NCBI RefSeq assembly: GCF_028641065.1 | Contig: NC_073414.1 | Coordinates: 3,534,001-3,598,000, forward strand | Source: Leucoraja erinacea | Lineage: Eukaryota | Direction: 5' to 3' | Length of the DNA stretch: 64,000 bases | Shown: piece after piece, positions 56,130 to 64,000 of the stretch | Position numbering within the stretch: the stretch's first letter is position 1 | Layout: each line of letters begins with the position of its first letter | Made by a program: the position numbers and the translations under genes | The notes under the pieces: generated by a model | What the model was told of the DNA's origin: nothing | Database searches by the model: none | The model's input: only the letters and a program-made list of their open reading frames with translations

Positions 56130-56335
56130 TGCCCCTGTCCCACTTAGGAAACCTGAACGGAAACCTCAGGAGACTTTGCGCCCCACGCAAGGTTTTCGTG
56201 CAGTTCCCGGAGGTTTTTGACAGTCTCCCTACCTGCTTCCACTACCTGCAACCTCCGGGAACCACACGGAAACCTTGGGTGGGGCGCAAAGTCTCCAGAG
56301 GTTTCCGTTCAGGTTTCCTAAGTGGGACAGGGGCA
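56130..56335. mobile_element. Non-autonomous PIF/Harbinger-like MITE
   Basis: TIR TGCCCCTGTCCCACTTAGGAAACCTGAACGGAAACCTC and its reverse complement; TAA on both sides (56127-56129, 56336-56338). Confidence 0.8.
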
Positions 56336-56880
56336 TAATAAGTGTCTCTTTAGAGCACCATGTTACTTAACTCACCAGAGTTGAAAGCACAACTTTCTAA
56401 CTTGGATAAGCAATCACAGACGGTACTCGTCGATTCTGAAATAAAAGCCCTCGCTGTCTGGCAGCATTGCCAGGCTGCTGGGGTCTGTAACGCGAGATCA
56501 TCTTGACATTTGATGCCGCCCTTTGTTCTAATCCCCCTCCCCAAGTGTACTCACCTGAATTGATGGAGACTAAACGTTGATTTTCCTTTGGGAATGGTGT
56601 CGAATGCGCTGTGAGGAAAGCCAGGTTTGGGAGTGAAGGTAAATGGCATTTTAATTACATCGAGGTTGGTGGTTTGGATCAGGAGCCTGTGTAAGGCCTG
56701 CACTTAATGTCTGTATTGTTTACGTTCACAAAATGCCTCGGATAATCTGTCTAGCTCGCGTGACGTGACATCAAGCAGGAATGGCAGAGATCTGGGGAGA
56801 TCAAACTTCAGAGACATCTCTCCTTGGAATCCATTTGCTGTGAAGCTGGGTGTAAATGAACCCAGTTTTTACGTAAAGCT

Positions 56881-57139
56881 GGAGTACTTTAAGATAGACA
56901 CAAAATGCTGGAGTAACTCAGCGGGACAGGCAAACGTCGATCGAAGAAATGGCGACCCTTCTTCTTACCCTTCCATATCTCCAGTGTCCCTCTTCCCTGA
57001 CTGGGTCTCGACCCGAAACGTCACCCATTCCTTCTCTCCAGAGATGTTGCCTGTCCCGCTGAGTTACTCCAGCATTTAGTGTCTATCTTTGGTGTAAACC
57101 AGCATCTGCAGTTCCTTCCTCCATATGGAATACTTTAAG
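56881..57139. mobile_element. Penelope-derived partial fold-back insertion with about 13 bp direct flanks
   Basis: GGA(G/A)TACTTTAAG at 56881-56893 and 57127-57139. Confidence 0.62.
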
Positions 57140-59213
57140 CTTGTGTTAGTTTATTTAATAGCAGCGGGATATTCCTTTGTTAAACAAGACATTTGTCCAT
57201 ATCCGTGCATGGAGCGAGCTGCCGGAGGAGGTAGTTGAGGCAGGGACTAGTGTAGATGGGACATGTTGGTCGGTGTGGGCAAGTTGGGCCGAAGGGCCTG
57301 TTCCAACTCTGTATTCCAAGGGCCCCCGACATCAGTCTGGCAAAGGGTCTCGAACCGAATCGTCACCTATTCCTTCTTTTCATAGGTGCTGCCTCACCCG
57401 CTGAGTTCCTCCAGCATTTTTGTCTACCTCCGACCCGAAACATGGTCTGTCCATTCCCTCCACAGATGCTGCCTGACCCGCTGAGTTCCTCCAACTGCCC
57501 TTCTTCCCTTGTCTCCAAGCTTTTTTTATCCACCCCCCCCCCCCGATCAGTCTTTCGGCCCGAAACGTTGCCTATTTCCTCGCTCCAACAGCTGCTTTTT
57601 TTATCCGCTTTTTTTGTAACTGGGATTCTCCAGCATCTGTTCCCTCTAAACAGCAGGGACCGTGCACTGCTGCAGGGAGTTAGTGCTGCTGGAAGGTGCG
57701 AAAATTCACAAGACACAAGACTATTTTCTTCACACATTCCATTAAAGATAGATAATTGCACGGCAAGTTGTTACATCTCCATTAGGTGTTAACTTTTCTC
57801 ATCAGCAGTTAACAATCTTGGCAACACTAATACTATAGTGGATCGCCCAGATTAGTGCTTCTTAAACTATTTCAATGTCCTTCACCCTTGAGTCTTCATC
57901 ACAAAATTTAATTCACCCTCAACTAAATTTTCTTATGTTTTTTGGTAATTTTCCTTATTCTCCCTTATGTATAATTTTATACATGACTTTTTTGTCACAT
58001 GAGCAAAAAACAAAAATTAACTGATTTCTTAAATTGGAGGCCAAGTCACTGGATGGATGTAAGAGAGAGTTAGATGGAGCTCTCGGGGCTAGTGGAATCA
58101 AGGGATATGGGGAGAAGGCAGGCACGGGTTATTGATTGGGGACGAGCAGCCATGATCACAATGAATCACGAGGGCCAAATGGCCTCCTCCTGCACCTATT
58201 TTCTATGTTTCTATTTTTATTTTATTCAACTTTTTGAACAACCTAAAAATATGTAAAGAAAACAAGGGGTGAAAAAAGAAAGTTTAATTACCAATGGAGT
58301 TGGATAATCATTCAATTAGAATGATATAATAATAATAATAATAATAACATTTATTTATATAGCACTTTTCAACAAAACCAGTATTTGAACCAAAGTGCTT
58401 TACAGAGTTTGATTAAATTAATAGAACAAACCAAATGTCAATATATCCATACAAAACAAAAAAGTGAAAAAAGAAAAAAAAAGAAAAAAAGACACAGAAC
58501 AGTACACTATAGAAATCAACATGAAACGTCCCCCCACAGCAGATATAAACCATTCCAATGTCTAAAAGCTGGGCTTCAGCCCCATCCTACCCTTTCGTGC
58601 TTTGATTACTGCAGTTTTTGCCTTGGAAAATACTTAATATATTAGTATCCAAACAATATAACTTTCTATAACTCTCCACAGACACAAGCCCACAATACCA
58701 TCAAATATCAACTATGGCAGCTAAATTGCTACACAAATTAACGATACAATTCAACAGTTGCCTACGGCCATCCTCCAGTGTTGCCATTTATACATTTATG
58801 ATCCCACTAGCTCGTCTGGACTTCCCTAAAAGGTTATATTACAGTAAATTTGGGACATTTTGAAATTAGAAAACCATTGGAAGAGAGAAAAAAAAATCAA
58901 ATTTCCAGCCTAACTGCCATTAAAGCCAATAAGAGCTTACTAACTAACCACTTTAATGGCAATGTTTTTTTAAGTATAGAAAAAAATATGTAGAAATATC
59001 TGAATAAATGAAGTCATTCTCCCTTCATTCACCCCTCTAGTTTCATTCACCCCAAAATAATTCCATTCGCCCTTGGGTGAGCCAATTTATCACCAGTTTA
59101 AGAAGCACTGTCCAAGACAATTATATAGCTTGGTGGGATCACATCATTTCCGATCAGAGGGTGCAGACTACTGTAGTTACACACTGAAGGTTGAAACAAG
59201 CAACAAGCAACCC

Positions 59214-59360
59214 AGAGGTTTTTGTCAGTCTCCCTACCTGCTTCCACTACCTGCAACCTCCGGCAACCACCTGCAACCTCCGGGAACCGCTCAGAAACCT
59301 TGGGTGGGGCGCAAAGTCTCCAGAGGTTTCCGTTCAGGTTTCCTAAGTGGGACAGGGGCA
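59214..59360. mobile_element. Truncated second copy of the Harbinger-like MITE
   Basis: Right TIR identical to 56298-56335, followed by TTA. Confidence 0.78.
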
Positions 59361-59926
59361 TTACTCTGACTAGGGTGGGGCAGTGACGGAGAGAGGGGGT
59401 TACTTGAAAGTTAGATAATTCAATATTCAGGCTCATCTATTCAGACTCAGACTCGGGCTACAAGACCTTGATATGTTGCAGGTAATGCCCAACACCACCA
59501 CCCATCCTCAGCTGCGAACCTCCATGATGATAAGCCCAGAGGTATGATAACGGTGAGATTCTGAGCCATTCAGAACAGGAATACTCCACATCACTCCTCC
59601 ATAGTCTTGCCCCACCCTCTCAACGCAGTCTCCCTCATCTCCATTTGCAGCCTGATTTCTATCATCGCGGATTGTCGGCTGTGCTTTAGGTTGTCTGGGC
59701 AGTGAGCTCTGGAATTCCCTCGCTAAACATCACCATCTCTCACTTTCTTCCTTTAAGATGCTCAAAGCTTGTCTCTTTTGATCGACCCTTGGCCATCTGC
59801 CCTGTTTCCTCATGTGGCTACTTGCCATGTTTTCAAGGGTTACGTGAAGTGCCAAAAGATGTTGGGTTTCATAAATAAAAGTTGTTATCGCCTAAATCCG
59901 TGGCCCTTGATGAGTGGAGGGAAAAA

Positions 59927-60133
59927 TAGACAATAGGTGCAGGAGTAGGCCATTCGATCCTTTGAGCCAGCACCGCCATTCAATATGATCATGGCTGATC
60001 ATCCCCAATCAGTACCCCGTTCCTGCCTTCTCCCCATATCCCCTGACTCCGCTATCTTTAAGAGCGCTATCTAGCTCTCTCTTGAAAGCATCCAGAGAAC
60101 CGGCCTCCACCGCCCTCTGAGGCAGAGAATTCC
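59927..60133 (-). mobile_element. CR1/HER1-like LINE 3' fragment
   Basis: Same 3' UTR as the 54795 and 30340 copies. Confidence 0.75.
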
Positions 60134-60855
60134 ACCAGAAGAGTAGTTGGTTTCTGTTCCCGAGTTACGTTGGGCAGAATTGCCCACAACTCTCGCTCAC
60201 TGCCTCTGTCTAAAGAACCCTGTGGGAAGTTTACGGTGATAGAATTGCTAATTAGACTTGAATGGAAACATGTTTGCGGAAATCACATTAGCGCTTCCCT
60301 CTTTGCCTGCGATGCAGCACAAAAAACAAAACCATTGTAACAACCAATCTTTGTGTAAGAAGGAACTGCAGATGCTGGTTTTATCTGAAGATAGACACAA
60401 AAAGCTGGAGCAACTCAACGGGACAGGCACCATCACTGGAGAGAAGGTTCACGAGGATGCAAGGTGTTGTAGACCTGTGGAACTGAGTGCGTGGGGCAAG
60501 TTATGCAACTGGATAGTTTGGTAACTTGCTGTACACTGCAGACGTGGGCTACAATATTTGAAAAGATAAACAAGCAAAATCGTTTTTCAATGGTCGACAC
60601 AAGTGCTGGAGAAACTCAGCGGGTGCAGCAGCATCTATGGAGCGAAGGAATTAGGCAACGTTTCGGGCCGAAACCCTTCTTCAGATTTTCCAGCATCTGC
60701 AGTTAAACTTCTTAAATAGTTTTTTCTTTGGTTGGTTCCATCAATGCTTATTTGGTTGAAGAAGCTTCTTTAATGCAAGTTGCCGTGTTTGCCTCTGTGG
60801 AAACATGGAAGCTGTTTTTAGCTTAGTTACAGAGACAACGAAATGCGTATTTCAA

Positions 60856-61135
60856 AGATACAGCGTGGAAACAGGCCCTTCGGCCCCTGAGTCCATACTG
60901 GCCCATCGATCACCCATTCACACCATTTCTTTCCCAGACACTCCCTACACATGTGGAAATCTACAGAGTGCCAATTAACCTGCTATTAACTTTGGAACGT
61001 GGGAGGAAACCAGAGCGCCCAGACGAAACCCACGCAGTCCCCGGGGGAAAGTGCAAACTCTACACAGACAGCACTCAAGATCGAGATCGAACCAGGGTCT
61101 CTGGTGCTGTTATGCAGCAGCTCTACCCGCTGCGC
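60856..61135 (-). mobile_element. HE1/V-SINE-like SINE
   Basis: Reverse complement of the same SINE family, including B-box GGTTCGATC. Confidence 0.7.
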
Positions 61136-61836
61136 TACTGGGACGCCTCCAAAACTGGAACTCTAATACACTTGGCGAGGTTTTTACCAGCTTGCTTATG
61201 TCTCCCTTTGAGAGAATTCAGGTGGTGAAATGTGTTAGACACTGGAGTTTTGTGACTTTTACAGCATACAATATTGAAACTGCCAAGCAAAATGGCCAGT
61301 TGAACACTGAAATATAATCTACCACATGTGTTCATTGGAAACATTAGATATTTTCAACAGCTGGTTTAGCTTGAGAAGGTTTAATGGGAGCTAAAAGCAC
61401 TTGTTCCATCGGCTTTTTTGACAACTAAAGTTAATTCTCTGCTATCCTTCCTTCCCCCCCCCTCCTCAACTCCACTGTTTCTACTTCATTTCCCTTACAA
61501 ATATTCATGGGAAACATTGAGAATTCAGGGCGGCTCGCAGTGTCTGAGCGGTAGAGTTGCTGCCTCACAGCGCTGGAGACCCTGACCACATGTGCTGCCT
61601 GTTTGGAGTTTGTACTTCTCCCTGTGACCACGTGGATTTTCTCCGGGTGCTCCAGTTTCCTCCAACACTCCAAAGCCGCAGAGGGAAATTCTTTTGCACA
61701 ACCCATAAATGCACAGTCACCATATATTGCCACTGGTTACAATGAAATATGTCCAAATGTAATGCCACTTGCTGGAAGTACTGGGGCCCTGCCCATCCAG
61801 ATAAGCCCAGGTGAGTCCCAAGCCCATGAATCATAG

Positions 61837-62300
61837 ATACATAGAAAATAGGTGCAGGAGGAGGCCATTCGGCCCTTCGAGCCAGCACCGCCATTCATTG
61901 TGATCATGGCTGATCGGCCCCAATCAATACAATACAATACAATACAAATTTATTATCATTTGAGCCCCAGTGATTAACCCCATCATTAACCCGTGCCTGC
62001 CTTCTCCCCATATCCCTTGACTCCACTAGCCCCTAGAGCTCTATCTAACTCTCTCTTAAATCCATCCAGTGACTTGGCCTCCACTGCCCTCTGTGACAGG
62101 GAAGTCCACAAATTCACAACTCTCTAGGTGAAAACGTTTTTTCTCACCTCAGTTTTAAATGACCTCCCCTTTATTCTAAGGCTGTGTGTGGCCCCTGGTT
62201 CTGGACTCGCCCAACATTGGGAACATTTTTCCTTCATCTAGCTTGCACAGTCCTTTTATAATTTTATATGTTTCTATAAGATTCCCCCTCATCCTTCTAA
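61837..62300 (-). mobile_element. CR1/HER1-like LINE 3' fragment with a small (CAATA)n-tailed insert
   Basis: RRMRGNLIETYKIIKGL..LDEGKMFPMLGESRTRGH (CR1 ORF2). Confidence 0.85.
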
Positions 62301-63370
62301 ACGAATCTCTTCCCTTCTTTGTTCTCCCACGGTCTGGGGCCTCTCGAGCCTTCGGTTGATGGGACGATCTTGCCTCCCGGAGCTGGTGGCGTTTGGGGCG
62401 ATCAAGCTCCTGAATGGGGTACTTAAGCCTTAAATCTAACTGCTCTAGCAATCGCCATCTAGAGTGTATGTAGAACAGGCTTCTTGGAGGATTGCCTTAC
62501 AAATGTACACAAGTTAATGCCTACAGGAAGAGCTATGATCCTAATTAGAGCAGGCATTTAATGTATTCTCTGGGTTTTAATAAGGGCACGTGCCTGTTCT
62601 ACAACAAGGACCATCTTCTTCCTTGGATTACATTATTCATTTTAATAATGAAAAACTTGACATCTCAAAGCATGTAGTCCAAATTAATTTTAATGGTTTA
62701 ATTTGATAGATTCTCCTAATTGCCCTGTGGGTAAATGTATCCTGCATCTGTCTTACAAGATCAGGAGTTGAATGTGAAGAGGGAGCTATTTTAAGTTTCT
62801 CTGCTCTGTGAAAAGTGTGCAGCTCCTTCAAGCGTTTGCTTGTCCACTCATCCCTCTGGTCTTTGCCACCATTACCCTGTCCTGAATCTCACTGTGGATA
62901 GACACAAAAAGCTGGGGTAACTCAGCGGGTCAGTCAGCATCTCTGGAGAAAAGGAATGGGTGCCGTTTTGTGACAAGACCCTTCTTCTGATTTCACTTCC
63001 TCTGTTGAGGGCACTGAATCTCCTGGTGCTTGTTGCAACCTGCAACATTGTTCATCTTGCGGGTAGATGTTTGCAAGATGGCTCCCTACCCAGGCGACTA
63101 TTTTGCTAACCACAGAAGCAAATCTGCAATCACATATTGCCACACTCCTAAATCTACTCCCACAGAAACATTCCTGTAACGGCTCGATTGTAATCATGTA
63201 TTGACTTTCCGCTGGCTGGATAGCACGCAACAAAAGCTTTTCACTGTACCTCGGTACGCGTGACAATAAACTAAACAGAACTGAAAGGGGCCTACAGTCT
63301 GCACCATTTAAAAGTTAGACTGCAATTATTTGCCAAGGCTGCTTTCTAAACTTGCAATCTCTACCTTATC

Positions 63371-63650
63371 GGCAGCACAGTGGCGCAGCGGTAGAGTTGC
63401 TGCCTCACAGCGCCAGACACCCGGGTTCGATCCTGACTACGGGTGCTGTCTGTACAGAGTTTGTATGTTCTCCCCGTGACCTGCGTGGGTTTACTCCGGG
63501 TACCTCCTACACTGCAAAGACGTAGGTTAATTGGTTTGGCAAAAGTGTAAATCGACCCTCGTGTGTGTAGAATAGTGTTAGTGTGCGGGGATTGCTGCTC
63601 CGTGTGGACTCGGTGGGCCGAAGGGCTTGTTTCTGCGCGGTATATCTAAA
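63371..63650 (+). mobile_element. HE1/V-SINE-like SINE, near full length
   Basis: A-box TGGCGCAGCGG, B-box GGTTCGATCC, V-domain-like gtttgtatgttctccccgtg, CR1-type tail. Confidence 0.82.
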
Positions 63651-64000
63651 CCAGAGGTCAATGAAGTCTGTGTGGGGAATACCAATAACACAAAGCCTTT
63701 GAGATCATGTCTCCTTTCAAAAGTGGAGCCAGAGTGTATGGTTTTGCCTACAGTCTGTGCTGAGCGAGAGCAGATTTACTGTGCAAGAGACCTCCCAGAT
63801 ATGGTGTGTGTTGCTCAATCTTCACTGGCTCCGCTAGCACAGGGAAAGCTGACTCCATCTACACCTCACGCTGCCTCGGCAAGGCCAGCAGCATCATCAA
63901 GGACCAGTCACACCCCAGCCTCTCCCTCTTCTCCTTTCTGGTATCAGGCAAGAGGTACAACCGTGTGATTCAGGGCCAGTTTCTTCCCAGTTCTTATCAG

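Noticed and set aside
63371-63445. tRNA gene (A and B boxes)
   Set aside because: It is the head of a multi-copy SINE and continues into the SINE body and LINE-like tail.

Overview
Eukaryotic (vertebrate) genomic DNA. The repeat content (tRNA-derived HE1/V-SINE-like elements, CR1/HER1-like and Rex1/Babar-like LINE fragments, abundant Penelope-like remnants) suggests a cartilaginous fish, probably a skate or ray (inference). Positions 213-44037 (+) hold coding exons 2-21 of a non-muscle alpha-actinin, most likely ACTN4; exon 1 lies upstream of the window. All splice sites are GT-AG, and the 8a+19a path gives 2574 nt = 857 aa + stop. The gene has two pairs of mutually exclusive exons: 8a/8b (CH2 domain) and 19a/19b (EF-hand 1). 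The 19a/19b pair is flanked by long AG-exclusion zones, a distant branch point, clustered RBFOX sites and a GAG-TAG-AAG triple acceptor. A repeat-poor 3' UTR runs to about 46.35 kb. Near 51.1-51.5 kb is a CpG-rich promoter-like block of repeated GC-box+CCAAT units, followed by a 1.4 kb G-rich minisatellite and candidate first exons of an unidentified + strand gene. The most abundant interspersed repeat is a Penelope-derived element carrying a minimal hammerhead-ribozyme-like core; it is often inserted as a fold-back palindrome with 10-14 bp direct flanks. There is one assembly gap (31258-31431). Repeat family names come from recall of family signatures, not from database searches.
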